64,000 bases of DNA from an uncultured Nitrospiraceae bacterium (GTDB lineage: Bacteria > Nitrospirota > Thermodesulfovibrionia > Thermodesulfovibrionales > Dissulfurispiraceae). The translations under genes were made by a program, and so were the position numbers. Shown here in pieces: positions 1 through 10,301 of the stretch. The DNA lies in assembly GCA_963727805.1 (NCBI GenBank), contig CAVSHF010000004.1, positions 45,132 to 109,131 of the forward strand, in the 5' to 3' direction. The notes under the pieces are model-generated. The model saw only the letters and a program-made list of their open reading frames with translations. It searched no databases and had not been told where the DNA came from. Positions within the stretch are counted from its first letter, which is position 1. Each line of letters starts with the position of its first letter.

Positions 1-501
1 GGTATTGCAGCACAAAGGTCTGCCGCAGACGCCGAAGCCACCGACGAGTTTGGCCTCGTCACGTACCCCAATCTGTCTCATTTCGATCCTGGTTTTGAAG
101 CGGGCGGCAAGGTCTTTTACTAGTTCCCTGAAATCGATTCTCCCCTCCGCAGTAAAATAAAAAACGATCCTCTTTCTGTCGAGGGTCGCCTCGGTCGAAA
201 CAAGCTTCATAGGGAGCCCCCTCGCCATGATCCTCTCCAGGCAGAAGTCGCGAGTCTCTTTTTCGAGTTTCTTGTTCTCCTCCTGGGTTTTAAAATCATC
301 ATCGGCAGCGAGCCGGACAACGCGTTTCAATTCCCTTTCGCTCTTCTCGATCGTAATTCGCTCTCTGACAACCCTTCCGAGGCTAAGGCCAAAATCGGAC
401 TCTACTACGACATAATCACCCTCTTTTACCTCAATAGCGTCGACTTCAAAGTCGTATATTTTGCCGCATGATTTGAATCTGATACCGATTATATCGGGCA
501 T
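1..501 (-). CDS. PSP1-domain (RicT/YaaT-like) protein, runs off the window edge
   Basis: Hand translation from ATG at 501: MPDIIGIRFKSCGKIYDF...IVFYFTAEGRIDFRELVKDLAARFKTRIEMRQIGVRDEAKLVGGFGVCGRPLCCNT; usual position after tmk-holB. Confidence 0.85.
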   Translation of the reverse strand, partial: MPDIIGIRFKSCGKIYDFEVDAIEVKEGDYVVVESDFGLSLGRVVRERITIEKSERELKRVVRLAADDDFKTQEENKKLEKETRDFCLERIMARGLPMKLVSTEATLDRKRIVFYFTAEGRIDFRELVKDLAARFKTRIEMRQIGVRDEAKLVGGFGVCGRPLCCNT

Positions 502-562
502 TTATTGTTATTCCTCCGTAAAACGCTATTTGGCAGCCGAATACTGGTTCCAGATCGTATTA

Positions 563-1513
563 TTAATGATCTCGATGTCGCGGCTGGACGACTGTATTTT
601 GTATTATACCCGATACGTAGTTCCATGTGATTGATTTGTTAAGATTAAGGTCGATCAAGCCCCGCACTTTCTGGAGGCGCTGATAAGCATCGAGTACCAG
701 CCCGATTTTCCCGGCTGTGTACTTTTCTCCGTATAAAAGGTCTGATTCCCTCCCCGTAATACCTAAAACAGCAACGTCTCTTAGAAGAACGAAGGACAGA
801 TCAAGCCACTGTTTTATTTCATTCTTGTCAGACCATGCACAGCGGGTTTCTCCCCGCGTCATGCCGGTTAAAATGTCCAGGAACCATTTCTTTTCCTTGG
901 CAAAGTCCTTTGAGATGCCGATTCCCGGTCTTCCCGTAATAAGTCCTGAAAAGGGCCCGAGGTTTTTGCCAGGGGCTTTTAAGGAAAGTACACGTTTAAA
1001 TGCTTCGTCTGAAAGCGGGCGAAAACGGATATGCATGCAACGAGACCGTATAGTTTCAGGCAACCGGTCAGGGCTAGCCGATACCAGGATGATAATGCTA
1101 TCTGACGGGGGCTCTTCGAGGGTCTTGAGAAAAGCATTGGCGGCATTGATGTTCATAAAGTCAGCGTCATCGAAGATGAGGACCTTTTTCATGCCCTCGT
1201 ATGGTCTGAGAGAAAGCATCTCTCCTGCCCGCCGAATCGCCTCTATCCTGATTTCATCATTTTCGGGTAGCAGGGTAGTGACGTCAGGATGCGACTCGAC
1301 ATCAATCTTTCTGCACGAATTACAGTGGTCGCAGGCGTCGAAATCGACAGGCTCCAGGCAGTTGAGGGCTTTTGCATAGTTGAGGGCAGCAAGCCTTTTG
1401 CCGATGCCGGAGTCTCCGGAGAGTAAAATGGAAGAGGGCACGTGTCCTGTCTTTAAAGTGCCAGAAAGGATCCGGACTGCCTTGTCCTGCCCTATGATAG
1501 TGTGCAAGGACAT
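563..1513 (-). CDS. holB: DNA polymerase III delta' subunit
   Basis: GDSGIGK, Cys4 zinc motif, ANAFLKTLEEPP, TIRSRC; adjacent to tmk. Confidence 0.92.
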   Translation of the reverse strand: MSLHTIIGQDKAVRILSGTLKTGHVPSSILLSGDSGIGKRLAALNYAKALNCLEPVDFDACDHCNSCRKIDVESHPDVTTLLPENDEIRIEAIRRAGEMLSLRPYEGMKKVLIFDDADFMNINAANAFLKTLEEPPSDSIIILVSASPDRLPETIRSRCMHIRFRPLSDEAFKRVLSLKAPGKNLGPFSGLITGRPGIGISKDFAKEKKWFLDILTGMTRGETRCAWSDKNEIKQWLDLSFVLLRDVAVLGITGRESDLLYGEKYTAGKIGLVLDAYQRLQKVRGLIDLNLNKSITWNYVSGIIQNTVVQPRHRDH

Positions 1514-1564
1514 ATCAGATTATTAGGGTTATGAGTTGATATTTATAGAGTGATACGCTCGTCA

Positions 1565-2227
1565 TCATAACAGTCCTTTTTCCTTCATTGCTGCGCCGAC
1601 AATCTCCCATAGGATGTTCTGGACTTTTTCAAGCGGAAGGGAAGCATCTATTATTTTGACCCGTATAGGGTCTTTCTTAGCAATCTCGTTAAACCCTTTC
1701 AGGACCCTTTGATGGAATTCAATATCTTCAAGTTCAAGCCTGTCGACCTTGTTGATCTTTCTGTTCCTCTTGAGTCCCGTCTCGATGTCGAGGTCAAACA
1801 GAAGGGTCAGGTCGGGTTTGATCCCGCTGGTGGCTATAGCATCGAGTGAGGCGATGAGTGCTAGATCGATGCCGCGGCCATATCCCTGATAGGCTACCGT
1901 CGAGTCGGAAAATCTGTCGGTAATGACGATCTTCCCTTCTTTCAGTGCTGGCCCGATTTTCTCCGATAGGAGCTGAGCACGTGCTGCATTGTATAGAAGT
2001 AGTTCAGTCACAAAGGACATCTCACTGTGATCGGGAAGGAGTAATATCTCCCGTATCCTGCTGCCGATAACCGTGCCTCCCGGCTCCTGGGTTAGAAATA
2101 CATCGAATCCGGTCTTTGACAAACGTTCGGCAAGTAATGCGGCCTGGGTTGTTTTGCCGGTGCCTTCGATTCCTTCAAGAGAAATGAAGAAGCCCGCTCT
2201 TTTTGTGGTTTTAGATTTGGCTGCCAT
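1565..2227 (-). CDS. tmk: Thymidylate kinase
   Basis: FISLEGIEGTGKTTQ P-loop, EPGGT, DRFSDSTVAYQGYGRG. Confidence 0.95.
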   Translation of the reverse strand: MAAKSKTTKRAGFFISLEGIEGTGKTTQAALLAERLSKTGFDVFLTQEPGGTVIGSRIREILLLPDHSEMSFVTELLLYNAARAQLLSEKIGPALKEGKIVITDRFSDSTVAYQGYGRGIDLALIASLDAIATSGIKPDLTLLFDLDIETGLKRNRKINKVDRLELEDIEFHQRVLKGFNEIAKKDPIRVKIIDASLPLEKVQNILWEIVGAAMKEKGLL

Positions 2228-2239
2228 AGTCGGACAATA

Positions 2240-3256
2240 TCATCCGACCATCGCTTCTTTTGCGCGCATGGTCAACTGAAATATCTTTGTCGCTTCTTCA
2301 ACAGTTCTCGAGCCGGTCCCGCAGGAAGGAGTGATCAGGGACTGGGAATAAACACTATCTGATCCGATGCGGGTATGCAATGCTGACACCCTCTTTTTCA
2401 AGAGGGTGGAGATATCTGTGTCAGAGACTGACAGAATCGCGTCCGAGGTCGGCACTATTCCCCAGGCCAGATATCCTCCCTTTTCGAAAAAACCTTTAAG
2501 ATCTTCGTAATAAAGGGCAAGCGTATCGAAATATTCAAAGGCATCGAAATTGAGCATCCTGACGCCGCTTTGTATGATCATCTTCCAATCGGCCTTTCCG
2601 CAGCAATGTGTGCCGGATATGCCTCCTGCACCTTCGATGGCTGATACAGTGTCGCCGAGCAACCTCATTATCTCGCTCTCCTTGACACCCATATAAGAAG
2701 AACTCCCGACGGCGGAGAAAATAGGTTCATCGATAAAAATAATCACCTCATCTGCAAATTGCTTTAGAATATCAACCTGCCAGCGGGCTTTTGCCTGCAG
2801 GAGCATGGAGCCGACCTCACGTAATTCCTCGTCGAAATAAATAGCCGCTCCCCTGCTGTCTTTAAGTCCGAGGGTAAAGGTGAGGGGACCCGTGATGTGC
2901 CCTTTCAATAGCCTGAATTTTCTATGTTTGACGGATTTCAGAAAGGCGTGCAACCCGGCAGCATAATCTTCTGATATCGCGATCCTCGTACTGTCCGTAT
3001 GTGATTCATAGAACCGCTCAAGCTCATCGCTTCCGTCCCTTTCGACGTGAACCTTTTGATGTTCCTCATCGATTTTTAAAAAGGGCATTCCCTCGGCATA
3101 CTGGAGGACCATCGACTCCCTGAAAGAGTATTTCGGCAACTGGGGCCAAAAGGGGATGTCGAAGACCGCCTCGATAAGGGCGCAGGCCTCCTGTGGGCGC
3201 GTGTGAGGGGTACTGCCTATGCCGGTGGTGGAAAAAGGGCTTATGATACTGGACAT
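2240..3256 (-). CDS. Folate-independent core methionine synthase (MetE C-terminal barrel only, MesB-like)
   Basis: GIGS-P, P-WPQLP, KGHITGPLT, FIDEP, HCC and TPSCG zinc ligands; only 338 aa. Confidence 0.7.
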   Translation of the reverse strand: MSSIISPFSTTGIGSTPHTRPQEACALIEAVFDIPFWPQLPKYSFRESMVLQYAEGMPFLKIDEEHQKVHVERDGSDELERFYESHTDSTRIAISEDYAAGLHAFLKSVKHRKFRLLKGHITGPLTFTLGLKDSRGAAIYFDEELREVGSMLLQAKARWQVDILKQFADEVIIFIDEPIFSAVGSSSYMGVKESEIMRLLGDTVSAIEGAGGISGTHCCGKADWKMIIQSGVRMLNFDAFEYFDTLALYYEDLKGFFEKGGYLAWGIVPTSDAILSVSDTDISTLLKKRVSALHTRIGSDSVYSQSLITPSCGTGSRTVEEATKIFQLTMRAKEAMVG

Positions 3257-3386
3257 GTTGTATTATAACACTCCGGCCGGGAGACTGCGGTTGGATGCCT
3301 CCAAATTCTGCCGGTCAAATATTTTTCATGATAACGGTAACTGAGATTTGATTCCGGAGAGAGACCCTGCCGAGAAATATCCCGTG

Positions 3387-3479
3387 TTATTTTCTCCTTT
3401 GGGCCCTTGTGCTCCTGCGGAGCTTACTGTGTTTGTGTTTACGCATCTTCTTTTTGCGCCATTTGACTACGCTTCCCAC
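3387..3479 (-). CDS. Small basic AURKAIP1/COX24-domain protein (30S ribosomal protein bS22-like), 30 aa
   Basis: Strong RBS AAGGAGGTG then GTG start; MGSVVKWRKKKMRKHKHSKLRRSTRAQRRK-stop. Confidence 0.8.
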   Translation of the reverse strand: MGSVVKWRKKKMRKHKHSKLRRSTRAQRRK

Positions 3480-3497
3480 GACCTCACCTCCTTTTAA

Positions 3498-6400
3498 TTA
3501 CTTCTCACTTCTCACTGCTTCCATAAAGGCTTCGAGCTGCAGTCCCATAGTCGGCGATTCACTGCCGTCGTAAGGGATACTAATGCATGGAATCCCGAAA
3601 TCTTTCCCCATTTTTTTGAGTAATGCCGTCACAATTGTGCCAGGCATGCACCCAAAAGGCATTGCGTTGATAATGCCTGCCGCCCCGCGCTCGATCAGGT
3701 CTATAGCCTTGCCGATGCTCAAGACTGTCTCTCCTTCAAAGGAGTCATGGACATATGGCGCTGCCTTCTTCATTATGTCCTTTATTTCCGGCTCGCTGAC
3801 CGACTTCAAAAAACCCTCGAAGGGTTTCGAATACCTATGCTCGATCCGCTTTTGGAAAAAGCGTTTAGTAAAGAGATTCATGATATCAGACGTGTCTTTT
3901 TTTATCAAGGCCTTCCGCATAGACATGGCATTGATATAGTTGATCCACTCATCCATGGAAGAGAGCCAGACCTCTCCCCCAAAGGCCTCAATTTTTCTGA
4001 TCAAGTCTTCGTTAGAGAATTTGTGAGACCGGACGAATATCTCGCCGACTACTCCGATAAGGGGCTTCTTTTCGGGCCATTTTGGCATCGAGAGGAACTC
4101 TTTTTTCATTTGCTTGAGAATCCCCTCCATGTTCCCATTGCCACCTACGAGAGCCCTGTAAATTTTTTCATGGTAAAGGGCATAGAGGGAATCGGCATCT
4201 CCCACCATTTTTTCATAAGGGCGTGCTTCATGGAGACATTTTGTGAGCAGATCATATGCGACAATACCCCTCCACGCTGTCATCGCGAAGCCGTTTCCTA
4301 CAATGCCAATCGCACGGTAAAATTTGACATCCTGATTGGGGGAAAAGATGGGCACGTCATCGAGTCCGAGTTTATCGAGGATAAGTTTATGCGAAACGGT
4401 ATACTGTCCAAAACGGCATGGGCCGCTACCCGAAGGCATAAAAAAGGCCGATTCATCGGGTCGAAAGTCAGAGGACAAGACCTTTTTCAGCATATCGCCT
4501 GCGGTGATCAGATACGGGTAACATTCCTTGCCAGAGACATGCCTTCTTCCGATGTCGACCGATTCCCTGTCCGAGTCGGGCAGCACCTCGGCTGAGACGC
4601 CACAGAATTCAAAGGCAGCCCTGACGGCATGGGAGTGGGCCGTCATGTGCGGCATATAGATGGTCCGTTTGTTAAGAGCGGCAGGTCTGACGCGCGAACG
4701 GGAAATTGAGGAAGTCATTTCGATCGGGTTGATCTTTCTATAGTCATTATCCCCATTACTTCTTCTTTGCTGTTCGATGCTGTCCAGGAATGCCTCGCAT
4801 CGAGTAATGGCCCCGGCATCGGCACTGTGTTCGTCGATCTCGATATGCAGGAAGGGCTTCTCACCCATTTCTTCCTTAAAATATTTCAGTATAAAAGAAT
4901 CAGGACCACACGAAAAATTCCCGATATATATCGCATAAAGGTTTGGATTGTTCCTTATGATCCGAGCGGCCTTCAATATTCGCTGGCCTGAGCGCCAGTA
5001 CATGTTCGGCCACGAATCCCCCAGACTCTCGTCCTCAAGGGCCAGGAAATCCATGGGAATTGAGAGCACATCGATGTGGGAAAGCTTCTTTGGTATTTCG
5101 AGGTTGACCCCGGGATCGTAGGAATTATACGCCCTGCCGACAATAACGATAAGAGGCCGTTCGGGAGTCACGGAATCCCTAAGTATTTCTTTACCTTTGT
5201 TCTTGATCGACCTTCTGAATTCAGACTGTGCGAGCTTTGCCGCGGTAAAGGCATGGTTAATGTCTCTCGCCTTAACGCCAAATTCAGCGAAAGTTTTTTT
5301 AATCTCTTTTTTGATATGAACTTCCCCGCGCTCGAAATCAATAACAGGTGTCAGCATCTTAAACCCGCCGATTGCCGCCATGGTGATATAGGGAATCGTC
5401 TGGGTATGAGGGCAGGCGAGGCCTGTGCTGTATTCGTTTGCTTCGTTGTTTATGTTAATAAAACTCGGGATAAAGAGTGCGTCGACCCCCTCGTCCTTTA
5501 GATATTTAACATGGCCGTGGGATACCTTTACCGGAAAGCATGCCTCGGAAAGCACGTTTTCGACTCCTAAATTGATGATCTGCTTGTTTGTCCTTGGTGA
5601 TACGACAACATCGAAGCCGAGCTCCCAGAGAAACGTTGACCAGAAGGGCAACAGGTCCTGAAAGAAGAAGATATATGGGATGCCGATTCTCGCCTTGCCT
5701 TCGCCTTGCCGCGCTTCTGCTCTTTTATTGTGCTCCTTCCAGAGCATCTCTTCCCTGTATGAGAAGAGGTCGGGGAGGACCGACTTTTGCGCGTGACGGA
5801 TGTCATACTTTTCACATCTTCCGCCATAGAAGAGGGGGGTCGTTTCTCCCTGCACTTTTACCCTGTTGATTTCGCATACATTAGGGCATCCTTTGCATTC
5901 GAAAGAATCGATCTCATAAGATCTTTGAGATAATTCGAGACCCTTAAAAGCTGTGGCTTTCAAAGGCGCGGCACTCATGCTCTTCATGGAGAGCAGGGCC
6001 ATGCCGATAGCCCCGGTGACATCGTGGTTGTCAGGAACGGTAACCTTTGCGCCGGTATATTTTTCAAAGGCGGCGACGACGGCCTTGTTAAAGGCAACGC
6101 CTCCCTGAAAGAAGATGTTCTTACCCACGAATTTCCCTGCAACTACTCGGTTTATATAGTTCTGGACGATCGAGTAGGCCAGGCCGGCGAGGAGGTCATC
6201 TTTTTCGTGGCCTTTCTGGAGGTTTGCCATCAGAGAGTTTTCCATGAAAACCGTACAGCGCTCTCCCAGTCTGCATGGATTTTTGGACCGGAACGAAGCA
6301 TCGGCAAACTCATCTTTAACCGAGATATTAAGTTTCTCAGCCTGTTCCTCCAGAAAAGATCCGGTGCCCGCGGCACACGCCTTGTTCATCTCGAAATCGA

Positions 6401-7697
6401 CGATAATACTGTCTCTGATAGAAATGTATTTCGAATCCTGACCGCCTATCTCGAAGATTGTATCGACGGTGGGATCGATATGGATAGCGGCGGTAGCCTG
6501 AGCGGTAATCTCATTTTTCACAATGTCGGCTCCAACATAATCGGCAATCATGTATCTTCCCGAACCGGTAGTGCCGACACCCCTGACGTCAATCAGATGA
6601 CCGACTTCTTCATATATCTCCTTTAGGCCGGTCCTGACCGCCTCTATGGGCCTTCCAGCGGTCATAAGATACCGTTTGGCCATCAACCTGCCTTTTTCAT
6701 CGATAATGGCAAGATTGGTGCTTATGGAGCCGATATCGATACCGAGGTAAGCATTGATTTTATCTTTCGTTTCTCCTGATTTCTTATTGCTGACTGCCGA
6801 GCCCCCATTTTTCGGCCGGTGTCTCTCAAGGAAATCATCACCTTCCGATATCAGAGGATCATACCCGCGCTCGGAATTCTGGGATTCCGAGAGAAATGAC
6901 TCGAGTTTCTCCAGATCAAATGTATTTCTAGTGTTCTCATCCATGTCTTTTCGCGCAGCTCCGATTGCGCCCATCAGGGCGAAATCAGGGGGAATGAAGA
7001 GCTCGTCAAGCTCAAAGACCTCTTTGAAGGCTCGCGCCATTCCTTTATTGGCCGCCACACCCCCCTGGAAGGAGACCGGGGGATTCAGTTCGATTCCCTG
7101 GGCGATACTCCCCTTGAAATTCCTCGCTACGGCAAAACAGAGACCGGCGACAATATCTTCGATTGGGGTGGCGATCTGCTGCAGATGGATCATATCGGAT
7201 TTGGCAAAGACGCTGCATCGGCCGGCGACCTTCGAGGGGCGTTGGGATTTCGCAGCTGTTTCACTGAATTCTTCAATGGAAAAGCGGAGACGCTCCGCCT
7301 GCTGTTCAAGAAATGACCCGGTACCAGCCGCGCACACCGAGTTCATCGAAAAGCACTTGATCCTCCCGTTTTCCAGAAGGATCAGTTTCGAATCCTCGCC
7401 GCCGAGCTCGATGATCGTACCTGTTTCCGGATAGAGCTTTTTTATCGAATAGGATTGCGATACGATTTCATTAATGGGCTTGATATTGAGGATCGAGGCA
7501 ATAATCTTTCCTGCTGATCCCGTGATGGACAGAGAACTCTCCGGATAGCGACCGGTTATCTCACGCAGCAGGTCGAGCGCCACCCTCAAAGGATGTCCGT
7601 AATGCCTGACGTAATGCCCTTCGAGCTTGTTGCCGCCTTCCTGCAGCACGACTGCCTTAACCGTGACCGACCCGGCATCAAGGCCAATAAAATGCAT
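3498..7697 (-). CDS. Acyl-CoA dehydratase activase-related fusion (two BadF/BadG/BcrA/BcrD ATPase domains plus DUF2229-type C-terminus)
   Basis: Two repeats of G(L/I)D-GS, GG(E/Q)DSK, CAAGTGSFLE, FQGGVA-N; C-terminal CGPDSF, DEHSADAG, PFGCMPG. Confidence 0.85.
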   Translation of the reverse strand: MHFIGLDAGSVTVKAVVLQEGGNKLEGHYVRHYGHPLRVALDLLREITGRYPESSLSITGSAGKIIASILNIKPINEIVSQSYSIKKLYPETGTIIELGGEDSKLILLENGRIKCFSMNSVCAAGTGSFLEQQAERLRFSIEEFSETAAKSQRPSKVAGRCSVFAKSDMIHLQQIATPIEDIVAGLCFAVARNFKGSIAQGIELNPPVSFQGGVAANKGMARAFKEVFELDELFIPPDFALMGAIGAARKDMDENTRNTFDLEKLESFLSESQNSERGYDPLISEGDDFLERHRPKNGGSAVSNKKSGETKDKINAYLGIDIGSISTNLAIIDEKGRLMAKRYLMTAGRPIEAVRTGLKEIYEEVGHLIDVRGVGTTGSGRYMIADYVGADIVKNEITAQATAAIHIDPTVDTIFEIGGQDSKYISIRDSIIVDFEMNKACAAGTGSFLEEQAEKLNISVKDEFADASFRSKNPCRLGERCTVFMENSLMANLQKGHEKDDLLAGLAYSIVQNYINRVVAGKFVGKNIFFQGGVAFNKAVVAAFEKYTGAKVTVPDNHDVTGAIGMALLSMKSMSAAPLKATAFKGLELSQRSYEIDSFECKGCPNVCEINRVKVQGETTPLFYGGRCEKYDIRHAQKSVLPDLFSYREEMLWKEHNKRAEARQGEGKARIGIPYIFFFQDLLPFWSTFLWELGFDVVVSPRTNKQIINLGVENVLSEACFPVKVSHGHVKYLKDEGVDALFIPSFININNEANEYSTGLACPHTQTIPYITMAAIGGFKMLTPVIDFERGEVHIKKEIKKTFAEFGVKARDINHAFTAAKLAQSEFRRSIKNKGKEILRDSVTPERPLIVIVGRAYNSYDPGVNLEIPKKLSHIDVLSIPMDFLALEDESLGDSWPNMYWRSGQRILKAARIIRNNPNLYAIYIGNFSCGPDSFILKYFKEEMGEKPFLHIEIDEHSADAGAITRCEAFLDSIEQQRRSNGDNDYRKINPIEMTSSISRSRVRPAALNKRTIYMPHMTAHSHAVRAAFEFCGVSAEVLPDSDRESVDIGRRHVSGKECYPYLITAGDMLKKVLSSDFRPDESAFFMPSGSGPCRFGQYTVSHKLILDKLGLDDVPIFSPNQDVKFYRAIGIVGNGFAMTAWRGIVAYDLLTKCLHEARPYEKMVGDADSLYALYHEKIYRALVGGNGNMEGILKQMKKEFLSMPKWPEKKPLIGVVGEIFVRSHKFSNEDLIRKIEAFGGEVWLSSMDEWINYINAMSMRKALIKKDTSDIMNLFTKRFFQKRIEHRYSKPFEGFLKSVSEPEIKDIMKKAAPYVHDSFEGETVLSIGKAIDLIERGAAGIINAMPFGCMPGTIVTALLKKMGKDFGIPCISIPYDGSESPTMGLQLEAFMEAVRSEK

Positions 7698-7833
7698 GCA
7701 CAGCCTCCATCTATAAAATTAACGTCTAACAATAGCTTAGTCAACTGTCAAAAACAGAAACTTCTTATAAGGAGGGTCACTCTATATCAGAGATATTATA
7801 TCAGATATGGGACGGCAAGGAGAATATGACGCA

Positions 7834-8520
7834 TTATACATCTACAATGATAGAGAGGCTTTTGTCTCCGCAATTGAAGAGCATATCGATTACTGAAAGA
7901 TAGGGCACAAAGTCTCCGTATAACTGAGTGTAAATGGGGTGTTTGTAATCCTGGAACTCCACCTTAATTCCGTGTCTTAGAAAAATGTCCGGGTCAATAT
8001 AATTCTTACCGGCCGCGCCTTCATAAAAAATATCAGCCTGAAAATGTTGGCAGATTTTGATGAGCTTTTCTATTCTATCTCCTGTAATGTCCAGTGATGA
8101 TGAGCGAACTATTTTATTTGACTCTATGCCAAGGCATACAGCTAGCAGTTTTATAAGTTGAAAATCAATATCTATCAGGCATTCCCAGTTTGTTGAGTAA
8201 ACATCCTCGAAATAGTTGATATATTTTTTGTAAAAAAAAGCTTTTGAGTAGTTTTGTCTGATCGATGACAAATGTTTCTTGCGCCAATTGACAGTGTTGT
8301 CGATCGTCACATTCTTTATTAAAGGATGTTGTTCGAATTTCATAAGAACGGGGACCGTGAGCCATTGGATTCCATTTGCTGTCTTAATCCTGTTCCTGTT
8401 TCTCCAGCCATTTTTATCATACTGGACATCATCATAAATGACAAAAACATCGCTTCTGTGCATTTGTTCGAAAAACCCAAGCCATGGGAGATAACCAGGT
8501 TGAAGGATTCCGATTCTCAT
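7834..8520 (-). CDS. WbqC family protein
   Basis: ILQPGYLPWLGFF, YDDVQY, WRNRNRI, YTQLYGDFVPYLSVID. Confidence 0.9.
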   Translation of the reverse strand: MRIGILQPGYLPWLGFFEQMHRSDVFVIYDDVQYDKNGWRNRNRIKTANGIQWLTVPVLMKFEQHPLIKNVTIDNTVNWRKKHLSSIRQNYSKAFFYKKYINYFEDVYSTNWECLIDIDFQLIKLLAVCLGIESNKIVRSSSLDITGDRIEKLIKICQHFQADIFYEGAAGKNYIDPDIFLRHGIKVEFQDYKHPIYTQLYGDFVPYLSVIDMLFNCGDKSLSIIVDV

Positions 8521-9212
8521 TTCTTACCGATGAAATATAAGGTGGCGGCTGTTTTATGTGCTTCCGGATGTTTACGGAGATAAAAATCTATAAGCTTGAA
8601 CGGCGTCAGCAGTATCATGAAGAAAATATATAGTAACTGATAGAGGACTCTGCTGCGAAAAGATAAAAGCATGGCTAACCACTCTTGCAGTATAATCAGC
8701 ATTGATGAGGTGGGGCCGCTGTAAACTCCAACTTCAATTTCGTCAAAGGAGCAGAATAAGTTTCTGATGCCTTCCTTAGTCCATCTATAGTAGTCACTGG
8801 GGGCCGAATGATACCCGAATATGAATGGAACTATGGAGTATATATGCCCTCCGGGTTTCAATATCCGATGCATTTCATCGACAACTGACTTAGGGTTCTC
8901 GACATGTTCCAGCATGGCCACAGAAATTACCCCTCCAACCGAATTCGATTTGAACGGGAGGTAATGAACGTCAGCGATAATATCAACGTTTTTATACAGA
9001 TAAAAATCGACATTCAAAATGCGGCCAGACAGTCTGGTAGGCCCGGATCCGAGATTCAGAACCATTTCCTCCGTTGGAACCCGGTCTAATATCGCTTTGT
9101 ACGACTTGCCAGTCGCAAGGACCGGAGATAGGAAGTTCAAAATAAAGATATACAGAGACGGATGTTTTTTAACGAATGCTTTTAGATAATTCAGAATGTG
9201 ACAGTTGTGCAT
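8517..9212 (-). CDS. Class I SAM-dependent methyltransferase
   Basis: LNLGSG motif I, LPF, LEHV, LKPGG. Confidence 0.8.
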   Translation of the reverse strand: MHNCHILNYLKAFVKKHPSLYIFILNFLSPVLATGKSYKAILDRVPTEEMVLNLGSGPTRLSGRILNVDFYLYKNVDIIADVHYLPFKSNSVGGVISVAMLEHVENPKSVVDEMHRILKPGGHIYSIVPFIFGYHSAPSDYYRWTKEGIRNLFCSFDEIEVGVYSGPTSSMLIILQEWLAMLLSFRSRVLYQLLYIFFMILLTPFKLIDFYLRKHPEAHKTAATLYFIGKK

Positions 9213-9218
9213 ACAATT

Positions 9219-10244
9219 CTAATACCAGACAGTAGTTCCATCAGGCATCTTAACCGGTACTTTTTTCATCGCGATCTGCTTTCTCCAGACCTGTTCATGA
9301 TCTTTATACCAGGCTATCGTTTGTATTAGTCCGTCTTCAAATGTTATGGAGGCTTGAAACCCAAGAATTGTTTTCGCTTTGTTTGCAGTTCCTATATGTT
9401 TCTGGACTTGACCGAAGCGATCAAGCATAAACTCAAGCTTCGACTGATTTCCAAACTCCGCAGCAATCATACGCGCTATATCAGCAACACTGATTGATCT
9501 GCCTGTCGCGAGATTGAACACTTCACCTTTTACCTTATCCAAAGGTGCCCGAATTGCAAGATCAATACCTTTTGCGGTATCTTCAGCAAAAAGCCAATCT
9601 CGCTCAGCCGATCCGTCGCCATGTATCGTTAAAGGCTCTTTCAAAATGCAGCTTGTAATGAATCGGGGAACAACCTTTTCAAGGTGCTGCCTGGGGCCGT
9701 AATTATTGAAGGGCCGGATAATTACTGCAGGTATGTCATGAGCTACGACGTACGAATATACAAGGCGATCTGCTCCGGTCTTTGCCGATGCATAAGGGCT
9801 TGTCGGGTTGAGGGGGTGGTTTTCATCCATAGGTTCATAGGCAGCAGTTCCGTATACTTCGGATGTTGAAATATGGATGAACCGCTCAATACGAGCCGAG
9901 TACTTCAGCACAGCATTAGCAACCGCTTGAGTGCCTAAGACATCCGTGACAAAGAACTCCCTGTGAGAATAGAGCGACCGGGCGACATGAGTCTCAGCAG
10001 CAAAATGCACAACATAATTTGACCTGCTGACGAGATCACTTACGAGATCGAGATTATTGATATTGCCATACCAGAATTCAAATCTATCGGAGTTTCTGAC
10101 TTCGGGTTGGATATTATAAATATCGCCGGCATAGGTTAAAGCATCGAGGACAAGTATTTTGTGGTCAGCATGAGTATGAAAGATATAGTTGACGAAAGTA
10201 CTTCCTATAAGGCCCGCTCCACCTGTTACCAAAATTGTTTTCAT
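9219..10244 (-). CDS. NDP-sugar 4,6-dehydratase (dTDP-glucose 4,6-dehydratase-like)
   Basis: LVTGGAGLIGS, DALTYAG, HFAAETHV, STSEVYG, YASAK; ATG at 10244 preferred. Confidence 0.85.
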   Translation of the reverse strand: MKTILVTGGAGLIGSTFVNYIFHTHADHKILVLDALTYAGDIYNIQPEVRNSDRFEFWYGNINNLDLVSDLVSRSNYVVHFAAETHVARSLYSHREFFVTDVLGTQAVANAVLKYSARIERFIHISTSEVYGTAAYEPMDENHPLNPTSPYASAKTGADRLVYSYVVAHDIPAVIIRPFNNYGPRQHLEKVVPRFITSCILKEPLTIHGDGSAERDWLFAEDTAKGIDLAIRAPLDKVKGEVFNLATGRSISVADIARMIAAEFGNQSKLEFMLDRFGQVQKHIGTANKAKTILGFQASITFEDGLIQTIAWYKDHEQVWRKQIAMKKVPVKMPDGTTVWY

Positions 10245-10301
10245 GCGATACCCTCGCAAGGAATTAGTAGGTGTTCTATCTCCGATAGATTAACATAAGT
10301 T

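Noticed and set aside
3583..7434. Numerous long plus-strand ORFs (also opposite the molybdoenzyme, helicases and CheB/CheR kinase)
   Set aside because: Antisense shadows of well-supported genes with no recognisable motifs
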